A DNA stretch of 64,000 nucleotides from a virus. Location of the stretch: positions 29,593 through 93,592 of the IMG/VR virus record IMGVR_UViG_3300042544_002482, one strand, 5' to 3'. This document shows, in pieces, positions 40,501-49,180 of this stretch (its first letter is position 1; every line of letters begins with the position of its first letter). The position numbers and the translations under genes were made by a program. The notes beneath the pieces are model-generated. The model was not told the DNA's origin and searched no databases. It was given only the letters and a program-made list of their open reading frames with translations.

Positions 40501-41347
40501 CAATTCTATTTGGAAATATTATATTTCTATTTGAGTCCCATATTGTTACATCGGGATAATCTGTACCTAAATTATGATTAACAGTCCACAAATTTGAATT
40601 TATAAATTCTTGTGTTGTTCCATTACCACCACCAAGAGAAGCAATAACTCTACCTGTTTGTGGACTTGGGAAAATAATTTCAGCAAGGTCTTCATCAATT
40701 GCCCTTATTTGACTTGGAATAACAACAAGACCGTTACTATCAAAAACTTGAAATATTGGATATTGTTGTCCGGAATTATGAGCAAAACTCCATGTTGAGG
40801 CAGCACTTGTAACTTCTAAAGAACTATATGAACCTATTGCTGAACCACCTCCTCCACCAGCATTAAGTGCAAATGCCGCAGTTGCCGCAAATGAAGCACT
40901 TAAAACGGTCATTGATCCTGTTTGTGATGTTAAAACAACACTAGAAGAAAAGTTATTAATAGAATCTAATGAACTTGTAATATTATTTATTCTATTATCA
41001 AAAGACCCACTAATAGTCACTAAATTAGTAACACCGCTTAATGGAATATTAATTAAATTACTACCATCTCCCCATATTTGACTACCACTAATATAATTGG
41101 TGGAATATAAAGACCCTGTAATTGTTTGATTTCCATCTAAATTGAAACTACCACTAATATTAACTGAACCTGTATTAACCGTGTTTGTTGAGATTAATTC
41201 CTCAACTGATGGTCCGAGAGAACCGGATTTAGACATATAAACCTTACCGTCAGTAGTGTTTAATGCTAATTCCCCTAATTGTAAATTTGAGTTAGTGGGT
41301 TTTTGACCGGATACACTACTCCTACGCAGTTTTACTATTTGTGACAT
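37559..41347 (-). CDS. tail fibre (1262 aa) with Mtd_N-like N-terminus and C-terminal peptidase S74 intramolecular chaperone
   Basis: KLRRS...P....L..GELALNT.DG; four W...HN(L/S)...YP...D repeats; C-terminal TSD..LK..I..ALDKI..LNG..F.W...IG..A.EV..V.PE...DY......L.E.IKEL. Confidence 0.85.
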   Translation of the reverse strand: MSQIVKLRRSSVSGQKPTNSNLQLGELALNTTDGKVYMSKSGSLGPSVEELISTNTVNTGSVNISGSFNLDGNQTITGSLYSTNYISGSQIWGDGSNLINIPLSGVTNLVTISGSFDNRINNITSSLDSINNFSSSVVLTSQTGSMTVLSASFAATAAFALNAGGGGGSAIGSYSSLEVTSAASTWSFAHNSGQQYPIFQVFDSNGLVVIPSQIRAIDEDLAEIIFPSPQTGRVIASLGGGNGTTQEFINSNLWTVNHNLGTDYPDVTIWDSNRNIIFPNRIESVNTNQIKVYFSVPVSGHVSVSRGGHLLSGSVNTIEGLVSGSSQIIYSGLTGIPNGIVSGSEQLTGSYDTRYVLSGSITQTTWDNIANKPSGLISGSIQVDLTGTTGYSTFSSSVATITSGLTSTITSLSSSLSSSIDNLSSSVASINNTQNGRLDSLETASGSIRSDFNSFTSSYTTVSSSLDSRLDVLETYSGSQQVPTASFAFRAQRTDVYCKNMSGTQINKGTVVRIVGSVGDNPLIGVASFLTEGQSANTLGVAVEDIPNDSFGSVITEGVLLGVNTSGMTAGQLLFLGANGTFTTSYPVAPNHGVRLGEVLRVQQNQGSIYVRVDNGSELGESHDVYDTTTNLSYGDLLVKSGSVWVNSKNLNGDYAVTGSLTITQNLTVLGSSSLVYVTSSNLAVSASFISVNVFEPAERFGGIKVYDSGSSNATASLAWDSLHNHWVYQNASGSSYSGGMLLSGPRNSGSLGDEPNLINGRIVKSVGGDHIDVSIISETGTTITVAGDLVANSITGAFDFSGLINKPTLISGSSQITYSGLTGIPSGIVSSSSQITYSGLTGIPNGIVSGSEQLTGSYDTRYVLSGSITQTTWDNIANKPDGIVSGSSQISGLGFLDTGSFTTISSSFNTRVGALELNDYAQDTKLSLLINKTGSYATTGSNAFVGNENINGNLSVTGSVVISGSLDISSANVGSSRFLFTQTTGSTTWNITHNLNYNYPNVTVYDGSTNKVMLPADVTSIDVNTTQVTFATPEYGYALVSVGGITTATADRFLFTATSATGSWVIDHNLNYKYPNIDVYDSNDEQLIPQKVKAVSNNRVQIDFATPTSGNAIITLGGPRSTSIFNQTGSFYNTQYNIGITGSLVVTGDVDADTFNTTSDKKLKTDLIRIEGALDKIEKLNGYTFNWLEEYSDDRTKQIGMLADEVYEVQPELISKRTMLLGGKEEEIKLLDYAKVNALLVEGIKELTKRVTKLENKNKKK
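38690..38850. repeat. internal ~150-bp direct repeat (second copy ~40220-40385)
   Basis: both encode YSGLTGIPNGIVSGSEQLTGSYDTRYVLSGSITQTTWDNIANKP; share tttgcaatattatcccaagttgtttgtgtgat exactly. Confidence 0.85.
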
Positions 41348-41407
41348 ATATATGTTCTCTCCTATGTTTTGTGGTATATACCACGGTTAATTTTAATCTA
41401 TGTAGAT
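41344..41407 (-). promoter_or_regulatory. 5' leader with three short palindromes and an AGGAG element
   Basis: mRNA sense ATCT-ACAT-AGAT, GTGGT-ATAT-ACCAC, ACAT-ATAT-ATGT (the last covers the ATG). Confidence 0.5.
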
Positions 41408-41412
41408 CTTAT

Positions 41413-41420
41413 TATAAATA
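41413..41420 (-). promoter_or_regulatory. TATTTATA putative late promoter
   Basis: just downstream of a terminator and upstream of the 1262-aa fibre leader. Confidence 0.55.
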
Positions 41421-41444
41421 CACAAAACTTTTAATTAAATAAAC

Positions 41445-41474
41445 AAAAAAAGGGAACTTTTTGAGTTCCCCTTA
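41445..41474 (-). terminator. intrinsic terminator
   Basis: GGGAACT-loop-AGTTCCC stem followed by T7 on the minus strand, right after the 41493 stop. Confidence 0.8.
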
Positions 41475-41492
41475 TTTTTATTTGTAATTTAT

Positions 41493-43838
41493 TTAGTATG
41501 TCCCACCATCAATTACCGTTGAGAAAACCAATCCTCCACCTGTGTGTTTATATCCTAAAATACCGTCCATAACATCTTCTGTTTCTGTTGTTGTAACAAA
41601 ACCAACCACGTTACTTGAGTTTCTGAATAAAATTGCTGAGGTTTTAGTTCCATTGTCTGTTCCACCTGAATAACTTAATGTAAAGTTACCAGATACCATT
41701 GTATCACCATTACCAGAATCAACTGTAAATTTGTTTGTGTTGAATGATAAGGTCGTTCCAGAATATCTCAATAAACTATCACCCATTGTATTTGGACCAG
41801 TCGCTATTGGAAAATATGTGTCAGTTAAACTTGTTTCTGAACCATATGCTGCGGCCGTTGTTCCAATAAATTTACTTGACAACCCGCTAGATGAAACAAA
41901 CATCCAATAGTCATTTTGTGAATCCCAAACCATTGAAGCCGAAACACCTGAAGACCCCGAATCAATAACTTCAAAACCAGCGTAACGTTGGAATGGAGAA
42001 TATGCATTCAATCTAATGATGTTATCGTCTAATTCAATTGTTTGTGATTGAATGATTACATTTGTTGATGAACCTAAAACTTCTAGATTACCAGAAATAT
42101 ATAGATTTGATTGTAATTGTGTATTTCCTGTTACGGTTAGAACACCATTTACAGTTAAATCACCGTTGTTTGTTAAACCATTTGTTGTTAATGAACCTGA
42201 TGTTCTAACATCCCCATCGGAGTTGTCCACTTCAAATAATCCACCACCAACTTTTAAAGTTGTACCATTATATGTTAATCCACTATAGTCAATTAAAGCT
42301 CCACCTAAACCAACACCCACAATTCTATCCTGTGTCAAATCTTCAACAACCGAAGATGAAACTGTTGCAATTCCATCAACGTTAATAGTTGATTTGAATT
42401 GTGCAGAACCTGTAACATCTAACGTTGAGTTCATTCCAACAGCACCTTTTAATTCTGATGTGGAGTTTACTTGTAATGTTGATTTTAATGTTGCCGAACC
42501 TGTAACATCTAATGTTGAGTTAATCCCTGTTGCCCCTTGAACCTCTAATGTTGAACTTAATGTAGATGAACCAGTAACATTTAATGAAGAACTAATAAGT
42601 ACACCGTTCACACCAACAATTGTTGCTGTCTGTAACGAATCGTCTATTTTTAAGTAATTGGTGTCGTCACCAAAGAAACTTAATCCACCATTAGATTTAA
42701 TGTGTGTGTCGACTGTTGATGTATTATAAATTTCAAAATGTCTTGAATCATTCTTATCTGCCTTTAGATATAATGACCCCGTACCTTGAATGTTAGTTAC
42801 TTCAATCGCTCCCGAAACATTTAAATTACCGTTATCAAAAGTTATACCACTGTAATCAGTTAATAAACCTTGAGCTCCTACAACAACCAATCTTTTTTCT
42901 GTTAATTGATCGTTATATATTGAACCACTAATAACCGTAATATCTCCACCATTACCTAAGTATGTACTACCACTTACAGATAAATCTTCTAAAACCCCTA
43001 AGTCTGTAAAGTTTACTTGTCTTGCTTCTAACGTATCCACATATGCAGTTCCACTAACATGAAGATTTCTCCAATTCTTTGATGAAGAACCTAAGTCAAA
43101 TGAATTATGTACGTCAGGAACAATTGATGAACTTACCTCACCACCGAATTGGATAATGTCAGTATTCGCATCTCCAATTGTAATGTTACCACCTAAAACA
43201 ATGTTACCTGTGATGTCGGCGTTACCACTTAATCGTAAGTTTGAACCTGTAATATCACCTGATACATTTAATGCTCCAGTGATTTCGGTATTAACGTTAA
43301 TTCTTAAACCATTTGCTTGTGAAATAGACGCAGTTGCACTACCGTCAGAAATTCTATTTAATTCCAAACCAGTGATTCCACTTGCTGGGATATCATAAAG
43401 TCCAATACCACTACCAGTAAACGAACCTGAAATGTTTTTAATATTTGCGGTTGTACCTGTGATATTATTTATTGTTACACCTGAAATAAGGTTACCCTCA
43501 ATGTTACCTGTCAGATCAAGTCTAGTGTTACCACCCGCACCGTCATTATTCAATATGTATAACGATTCGTTACCACTTGCGTAGAATGGTGTACCATCTA
43601 AAATGGAACCATATGAACCTGCGGTTATTGTTGGGGCAGTAGCACCTTGATAAACCTTCGATACCGATTTAAATGCTCCCGCAACGCCTTCATCTGTACC
43701 ATTTGGTGAACCGATGAAAACGAATGGTCCGTTTAGGTCTGAAATTGATCCTGAGGCGATAATGAATTCGGCGTTTCTAGCTGTTAAAGACTTAACTCCC
43801 GATAATTGACCTCTTCTGTGTTTAATTATTTGTGCCAT
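41493..43838 (-). CDS. virion fibre/structural protein (781 aa)
   Basis: MAQIIKHRRG start, STL.VTGS repeats, ends IDGGTY. Confidence 0.7.
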   Translation of the reverse strand: MAQIIKHRRGQLSGVKSLTARNAEFIIASGSISDLNGPFVFIGSPNGTDEGVAGAFKSVSKVYQGATAPTITAGSYGSILDGTPFYASGNESLYILNNDGAGGNTRLDLTGNIEGNLISGVTINNITGTTANIKNISGSFTGSGIGLYDIPASGITGLELNRISDGSATASISQANGLRINVNTEITGALNVSGDITGSNLRLSGNADITGNIVLGGNITIGDANTDIIQFGGEVSSSIVPDVHNSFDLGSSSKNWRNLHVSGTAYVDTLEARQVNFTDLGVLEDLSVSGSTYLGNGGDITVISGSIYNDQLTEKRLVVVGAQGLLTDYSGITFDNGNLNVSGAIEVTNIQGTGSLYLKADKNDSRHFEIYNTSTVDTHIKSNGGLSFFGDDTNYLKIDDSLQTATIVGVNGVLISSSLNVTGSSTLSSTLEVQGATGINSTLDVTGSATLKSTLQVNSTSELKGAVGMNSTLDVTGSAQFKSTINVDGIATVSSSVVEDLTQDRIVGVGLGGALIDYSGLTYNGTTLKVGGGLFEVDNSDGDVRTSGSLTTNGLTNNGDLTVNGVLTVTGNTQLQSNLYISGNLEVLGSSTNVIIQSQTIELDDNIIRLNAYSPFQRYAGFEVIDSGSSGVSASMVWDSQNDYWMFVSSSGLSSKFIGTTAAAYGSETSLTDTYFPIATGPNTMGDSLLRYSGTTLSFNTNKFTVDSGNGDTMVSGNFTLSYSGGTDNGTKTSAILFRNSSNVVGFVTTTETEDVMDGILGYKHTGGGLVFSTVIDGGTY

Positions 43839-43863
43839 CTTGTGTTATTATCTGTTTTATTTA

Positions 43864-43871
43864 TATAAATA
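43864..43871 (-). promoter_or_regulatory. TATTTATA putative late promoter
   Basis: intergenic, 25 nt upstream of the 43838 ATG. Confidence 0.55.
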
Positions 43872-43883
43872 CTTTATTTTTAA

Positions 43884-44615
43884 TTAGAAAAACCCACCCA
43901 AATCAATTACCGCATTACTACTAACGTCAGATAGTGTCCCAAGTCCCTGAATTGCTAAGGATGCCGACACTATATGACTATTTATTTGATTTTTAACGAT
44001 ACTCATAGCACCAGAAACGACTAACGATTCTGCATTGTGGTCTGAAGTTTGAACTAAAGTGGTTTTACCTTCAACAATTAAGTCACCTTTAATTCTCATT
44101 GAACCAGTAACTTGTAAATCTTGACTAGCGGCGTAGAATGACCCCGTTTGTCTCCATATACCGATTTCATTTACGGCTGTGGATACTGAACTTGAAAAAT
44201 TACTGAATTGTGTATCTTGGATGAATCCTTCTTCATTACCTAAAGGTCCACCAATCCATCTATCGTTTAAGGTGTCCCAAAGTAATGAACCTGATATTTG
44301 ATTGGGTGCGGTTGGGTCTTTAATTAATAAACCTCCGAATGCTCCCATAGTACCATTCAACTCAACAATGTTATCACCTATGGTAACAACATTTGAATCG
44401 ATAGCCGTTGTACTACCTTTAACCGTTAAGTTACCACCAATAACAACGTCACCTGTGGTGTCTAAACTACCTGTTAATATTAATGAACCAGATATCCCAA
44501 AATTTTTGGTATATACCGCCTCAAAGGGATATTCAGCACTTGCAAGAGTAACTAACGAACCCGAAGGAACGTTTGAAGTGTCAATCTGTAACCAATTTAT
44601 CTGTTGTAATGCCAT
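43884..44615 (-). CDS. virion structural protein (243 aa)
   Basis: GNLTV.G.TT.I.S..V.I.DN.V.LN and LLWD motifs shared with the other fibres; ends IDLGGFF; TATTTATG variant at 44636-44643. Confidence 0.65.
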   Translation of the reverse strand: MALQQINWLQIDTSNVPSGSLVTLASAEYPFEAVYTKNFGISGSLILTGSLDTTGDVVIGGNLTVKGSTTAIDSNVVTIGDNIVELNGTMGAFGGLLIKDPTAPNQISGSLLWDTLNDRWIGGPLGNEEGFIQDTQFSNFSSSVSTAVNEIGIWRQTGSFYAASQDLQVTGSMRIKGDLIVEGKTTLVQTSDHNAESLVVSGAMSIVKNQINSHIVSASLAIQGLGTLSDVSSNAVIDLGGFF

Positions 44616-44666
44616 TTAGAAAGTAAAGTCTTTTACATAAATACTTTTTATTTCAGTTGTCAGCAT

Positions 44667-44695
44667 AAAAAAAGGGAATTTTAGTTCCCTTTTTT
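44667..44695. terminator. intrinsic (potentially bidirectional) terminator
   Basis: A7-GGGAA-loop-TTCCC-T6, right after the glutaredoxin stop. Confidence 0.8.
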
Positions 44696-44698
44696 AAA

Positions 44699-44971
44699 TT
44701 ACAGATAAATTTTTATTTTTTCGAGTAGTTCTTCTTGACTTTTAAAGTCTCTACTCGGCACAAAAACAGGTCCGTCATCGGTTTCACCTTTCTTAATGAA
44801 AACCGTTGGTAACACATTAAGTCCTGTTTGTTTCACAACTTGGTCCCAAATTTCTCTATTTGAATTAATTTCTAAATCGGTAAATGGAATTCCCAACTCG
44901 TTAAGTTTTTCTTTTAACGTTCTGCAATGTCCACAACCTAAGAGACTAAATATAAAAATTTGATTGTCCAT
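44699..44971 (-). CDS. glutaredoxin
   Basis: CGHC active site, LPTVFI. Confidence 0.85.
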   Translation of the reverse strand: MDNQIFIFSLLGCGHCRTLKEKLNELGIPFTDLEINSNREIWDQVVKQTGLNVLPTVFIKKGETDDGPVFVPSRDFKSQEELLEKIKIYL

Positions 44972-44975
44972 AAAA

Positions 44976-45281
44976 TTACAAATTATTTAAAATGTCCTTA
45001 TAAAAAGATTCAGCACTCGCCCCTTGAGATCTGCTTATTAATTTTTCCCCGTCATATATAATCACGGTAGGAACGCTTCTTATCCCTAAATCTAACGCCG
45101 AATCCATATTTTCATCAACATCCACTTTAACGAAAGCCACATCAGGATATTGTGCTTCGATAGACTCAAGTCTTGGTATTAATGCTTTGCAGGGTCCACA
45201 CCATTTAGCCCAATAATCGACTAAAACTTTTTTCCCTTCTGATTGTAATTGTTTTACTTTTTCTGATGTTACGTTTTCCAT
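44976..45281 (-). CDS. trxA: thioredoxin
   Basis: WCGPC, KVDVD, IRSVPT. Confidence 0.92.
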   Translation of the reverse strand: MENVTSEKVKQLQSEGKKVLVDYWAKWCGPCKALIPRLESIEAQYPDVAFVKVDVDENMDSALDLGIRSVPTVIIYDGEKLISRSQGASAESFYKDILNNL

Positions 45282-45288
45282 ATTTTTT

Positions 45289-46365
45289 TTAACTGTTAAA
45301 TCCTATTTTACTTTTATTTGATGTTCTGAATATCTCCACATCTATATTATATATATCCGCCAAACACATTGATTCTGAAGATTCAAAATCTTTTTCTATA
45401 TGTTTTAATAATTTGTTAGTGTCAGTTACTGATAAATTTTCAAATTTATGTTCAGCGATTAACCTACCCTTACGAAGTAATGCTTGGTCAATTTTTTCTC
45501 TTTTCATATTGAAGGTGGCAATGATTTGAATAGATAAACAATCCCCTAAAATACCATCTGTTAAATTAAGAATATTGGACACTCCAGCGGGTGAACCATT
45601 CCCCTCCCTATCAGCAATTACTCGTTCCGCATCTTCAATAATTAAAATGGAGTTTTTGTGATCCATTAAGAAAGGAATAATTGATGGTTCCGATAACATC
45701 TCAGCCATTGATGGTGGAATAAATAAAATGTCCTTATCCGTGACCAATGTTGTTAAATGTTTGATGTATGAAGTTTTACCAGTTCCAGGGTCTCCATGTA
45801 AAAGAATGATTCCTTTATCGTTAGGTTTATTTAAACGAGTAACGATTGCATCGTGTATTTTTAAAAAGGGTGAACCGTAATTTAATTCAAGGTCCATAGG
45901 TGCCACATATAAATCATACTCCTCAGTATCTAAATGACCCATATCACTTTTAACAAGTTGAATATTTGCTTTCTTCTTTGTTCTTTCGAATTTAACAAAT
46001 TCTTCTAAATTGATTTGTTGTTCTAACTCACCATTTTTGAGGTTGTAAAAAATATCAACTTGAGCTAAGTTATTTTTTGTGGTATCTATACTATATTGAA
46101 CTTCGATGAACATTTGTTTGTCATCGTTGATTAATAAAATTTGCGAACTTAAATCGTATCTACGATTATTTGAGAATATTTTTGATTCTTCTTTAAAACC
46201 ATTTTCCTTTAAATAATCTAAAATAGATGGGTCGTAGCTTTTACGCATATTGGTGTATTTCGATGGTAATTCACCAAAGAGATATACAAACAATTGTGGT
46301 GAAGGATGTTCTGTACCATACACATTATCATAAAGTGCAAACGGTATAACTAAGTTTCTTTTCAT
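45289..46365 (-). CDS. AAA+ ATPase (BCS1-like)
   Basis: GDPGTGKT Walker A, IIEDAE Walker B, LN..DG, D.ALLR.GR. Confidence 0.88.
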   Translation of the reverse strand: MKRNLVIPFALYDNVYGTEHPSPQLFVYLFGELPSKYTNMRKSYDPSILDYLKENGFKEESKIFSNNRRYDLSSQILLINDDKQMFIEVQYSIDTTKNNLAQVDIFYNLKNGELEQQINLEEFVKFERTKKKANIQLVKSDMGHLDTEEYDLYVAPMDLELNYGSPFLKIHDAIVTRLNKPNDKGIILLHGDPGTGKTSYIKHLTTLVTDKDILFIPPSMAEMLSEPSIIPFLMDHKNSILIIEDAERVIADREGNGSPAGVSNILNLTDGILGDCLSIQIIATFNMKREKIDQALLRKGRLIAEHKFENLSVTDTNKLLKHIEKDFESSESMCLADIYNIDVEIFRTSNKSKIGFNS

Positions 46366-46403
46366 TAATAAAAAATATAAAGGATTAACTTAACTTAATA
46401 AAG

Positions 46404-46715
46404 TTAGTTTAGACATATTTTTCCAAAACCTTTCATTTCGAAAAACATATTATCATTTTCTTTTGGTTCTTCTGGAATATCTTTTTTGGTTATGGATATT
46501 GCAATCACAGTTTTTCTTAATAACTCAAACTGTTCTTTATTTAACATTACTTCACCATTTGTCTCAAAATTTTTTTGTGAAATTTCCGAAAGGTGTTCAA
46601 AAAATAATTCTTCATCGGATTCCCCAATGAAATATTCTCTAGCTTCTATATTATTCTTCAAATAAGTTTTAACTGTTTGGATATAAATTAAAACTTCAGG
46701 GGGTATTTTAGTCAT
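46404..46715 (-). CDS. hypothetical protein
   Basis: clean ORF overlapping the nusG stop. Confidence 0.6.
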   Translation of the reverse strand: MTKIPPEVLIYIQTVKTYLKNNIEAREYFIGESDEELFFEHLSEISQKNFETNGEVMLNKEQFELLRKTVIAISITKKDIPEEPKENDNMFFEMKGFGKICLN

Positions 46716-47238
46716 TTGATTTTTCTATCTGAGACAAAGTTAACTCAACATTACTGTTTCTTCCAAAAATTTTAATCTCAATTGTAACTTTTTCACCGTT
46801 CATTTCACTAATAACACCATTAAACCCACCAAATGGTCCTTCGATTACCTTCACCTTTGTACCAATGTTATAAACTAATCTTTTAGATTCAATATGTTCT
46901 TCCAAGGTGTCATCCTTCAATATTCTTCTAATGTCGGATTGATTTAAAAGGACAGGAGTTCTATCTCCACCCATAGCCATAATGTTTTGAATTGACGCTA
47001 TAACTTTTAAATCGTCGTTCTCAAGTTTTCTATGTGATTCAAAATAAAGATACCCACTATAAAGTACCTTCTCTCTCGTTACTCTTTTATTTCTCACAAC
47101 AACCGATTCTCTCTCTAAAGGACAAACAAATCGTGTTATATTTTTAATTCTACTATGTTCAATATCTTTATTAAATTGTTCACATAGTTTTCTTTCTTTA
47201 CCGGGTAAAACTTTTACCACGTACCAATATGATTCCAT
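46708..47238 (-). CDS. nusG: NusG-family transcription (anti)termination factor
   Basis: NGN domain (WYVV...G.E.K...LY.GY.Y) plus KOW domain (G..V.V.EGPF.GF.G.I...IFGR...VEL...QIEK). Confidence 0.92.
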   Translation of the reverse strand: MESYWYVVKVLPGKERKLCEQFNKDIEHSRIKNITRFVCPLERESVVVRNKRVTREKVLYSGYLYFESHRKLENDDLKVIASIQNIMAMGGDRTPVLLNQSDIRRILKDDTLEEHIESKRLVYNIGTKVKVIEGPFGGFNGVISEMNGEKVTIEIKIFGRNSNVELTLSQIEKSND

Positions 47239-47264
47239 AAAATTTTTTTAATAAATATGAACCT

Positions 47265-48107
47265 TTAATAGTTCATTATCAAGAGTTCGGTACCTAAATT
47301 CTGTTTACCGTCCTTTCTCGCGGCTGCCGCCTTGGCGAAGTCTTTTTGTTCCCATCTGTATTCATCTTTTGGAAACCATTCAGATAATTTAGGGAAATCA
47401 TAATATGATAAACTAAATTTACCCTGGATATTTTTAATACAATCGGCCAATCTTGTATGGTCATTTACATCAAAATCATGATTAGAATAGTAATTCTCAG
47501 TTTTCCAATATGGTGGGTCCATATAGAAGTAAGTTGTTGGTGAGTCGTATTTTTCAACCACACTTTGAAAATCCATATTCTCAACAAATGTCAATTTGTC
47601 AAAATGTTCCCTATATTTTGGATTCTTTAATTTATCCATAAAGATAAGAACCTTACAACGATATTTTCCTTTGTAATCGGTATACGTAGCGGTTTCAGGT
47701 TTAGATCCTGAGAACACCTGTGTTAATACGTAAACATACTTACCCGCAATGTCTAAACTATTCTCTTCAGTAATAACCAATTCAGAATTAAAGACCTCTC
47801 TTTGGTATGTTTTAAACATTTCAGCGTACTCTGGAGGTGTATCAACCACCCCTAATTGTTGACAAGGGTATTTCGCTAACTCTTCCCAAAGAACATCGTA
47901 TTGTTTCGCCCATTTCATAAGGTTCGCGTTTAGTCTATTAAAGTCATTGTAGACCACCGTTTTAAGATTTGGGTACTTTGTTAGGTCCATGTTAAAAAAG
48001 ACCCAGAACATACCCGAAAATCCTTCTACGTATGTTTCGATGTCTGTTGGGATGAATGGGGTTATCCATTTACCAATTCTTGCTTTACCTCCGATGTATG
48101 ATATCAT
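47265..48107 (-). CDS. DNA adenine methyltransferase (D12/Dam class)
   Basis: YIGGK, YVE.F.G, YND, DPPY, ELLI.NY. Confidence 0.9.
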   Translation of the reverse strand: MISYIGGKARIGKWITPFIPTDIETYVEGFSGMFWVFFNMDLTKYPNLKTVVYNDFNRLNANLMKWAKQYDVLWEELAKYPCQQLGVVDTPPEYAEMFKTYQREVFNSELVITEENSLDIAGKYVYVLTQVFSGSKPETATYTDYKGKYRCKVLIFMDKLKNPKYREHFDKLTFVENMDFQSVVEKYDSPTTYFYMDPPYWKTENYYSNHDFDVNDHTRLADCIKNIQGKFSLSYYDFPKLSEWFPKDEYRWEQKDFAKAAAARKDGKQNLGTELLIMNY

Positions 48108-48181
48108 TTCTATTAAATTAAGTTATTAAAAAATATAACTAATAAAATTGAAAAAAAGAAATTAATAGTATATATTTTATT

Positions 48182-48331
48182 ATGGCATGTAGTAAATGTA
48201 AAAAACAGGAAATGAGAGAACTGATGGAGAAGGAAGCCCTAAAAATGGAAAAGTGGGCTTTGTTAACCGTAATAGTGGTAATAGGTGCTGCGGTATATGG
48301 TTTGTTTTCTCTTATAAGTAAATTCATATGA
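48182..48331 (+). CDS. 49-aa CxxC plus transmembrane protein (not in ORF track)
   Basis: MACSKCKK...WALLTVIVVIGAAVYGLFSLISKFI; TGA overlaps the next ATG (ATGA). Confidence 0.65.
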   Translation: MACSKCKKQEMRELMEKEALKMEKWALLTVIVVIGAAVYGLFSLISKFI

Positions 48332-48966
48332 AAAATGGAAAATACTTTATAGTACTTTTCTGTAATAAGAAGAGAGTTAAGATTTTGTATAGGTGTATGA
48401 AAAGAACCACCGTTACTGAATATTGGCACGAATTCAAAACAGAAAGGAAACCACCATTTGTTAAACTTCAAGGAGGTAAACGAAAACAAGAACAGATTTT
48501 TGAGTTAGGTTTGGTATTTCCAAATAATAGATGGGCAACCAAAACCTATGTTAAAGATAGTTTAGGACGTAATATTGAAGCTAAGATTGAAGGTGACACA
48601 TATCGTATTAAAGAAATGATACCTTACTGGAAAGAGGAATTAATCTACGATTTTCAAACTAAAAAAAGAATCAGGTATCACGAAATGATTAAACAGTTAG
48701 ATGTGATAACTGAAATTGCTCACATATTCACACTAAACAAAAATATATTTGTTCAAATTGAAAATGACATTAAGTTATTTGGTAACAAGAATATTGCCGA
48801 TTCGGAAAGATTGTTTGAATTAATAAAGTCTGACCTCCTTAAACGAAAAAGAGGTAATTTCCTATTTGTTAAGGACATTACCACTCACCAACGAAAGTTA
48901 CTTTATGAAATGTTAGAGTCTAAAGGTTACAAAAGAACCGAATTGTTTAGACATTACTCGTATTAA
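48328..48966 (+). CDS. basic hypothetical protein
   Basis: 212 aa; the only substantial plus-strand gene, in a gap between minus-strand genes. Confidence 0.75.
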   Translation: MKNGKYFIVLFCNKKRVKILYRCMKRTTVTEYWHEFKTERKPPFVKLQGGKRKQEQIFELGLVFPNNRWATKTYVKDSLGRNIEAKIEGDTYRIKEMIPYWKEELIYDFQTKKRIRYHEMIKQLDVITEIAHIFTLNKNIFVQIENDIKLFGNKNIADSERLFELIKSDLLKRKRGNFLFVKDITTHQRKLLYEMLESKGYKRTELFRHYSY

Positions 48967-49180
48967 AGACCACATCAACTCCACCAATTGTGATGTTGAA
49001 TGAATTTTTAGGTTTTTCAGTTCTCCTATCATATTTCTTTTCCATATATTCAAACACTCTATCAAATTCCATCTTCGATAATTCGAATATGATGGTACTA
49101 GATTTTGTATCTGCGTTTATGTTTTCAATTAAATCAACAATAATTGCCAATTGATTAAGCAATTCACCCTTTTTTTCCAT
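48947..49180 (-). CDS. hypothetical protein
   Basis: overlap-coupled ORF. Confidence 0.55.
   Translation of the reverse strand: MEKKGELLNQLAIIVDLIENINADTKSSTIIFELSKMEFDRVFEYMEKKYDRRTEKPKNSFNITIGGVDVVFNTSNV

Noticed and set aside
48139-48489. 116-aa minus-strand ORF
   Set aside because: It is antisense to the coupled plus-strand pair, which explains the region better
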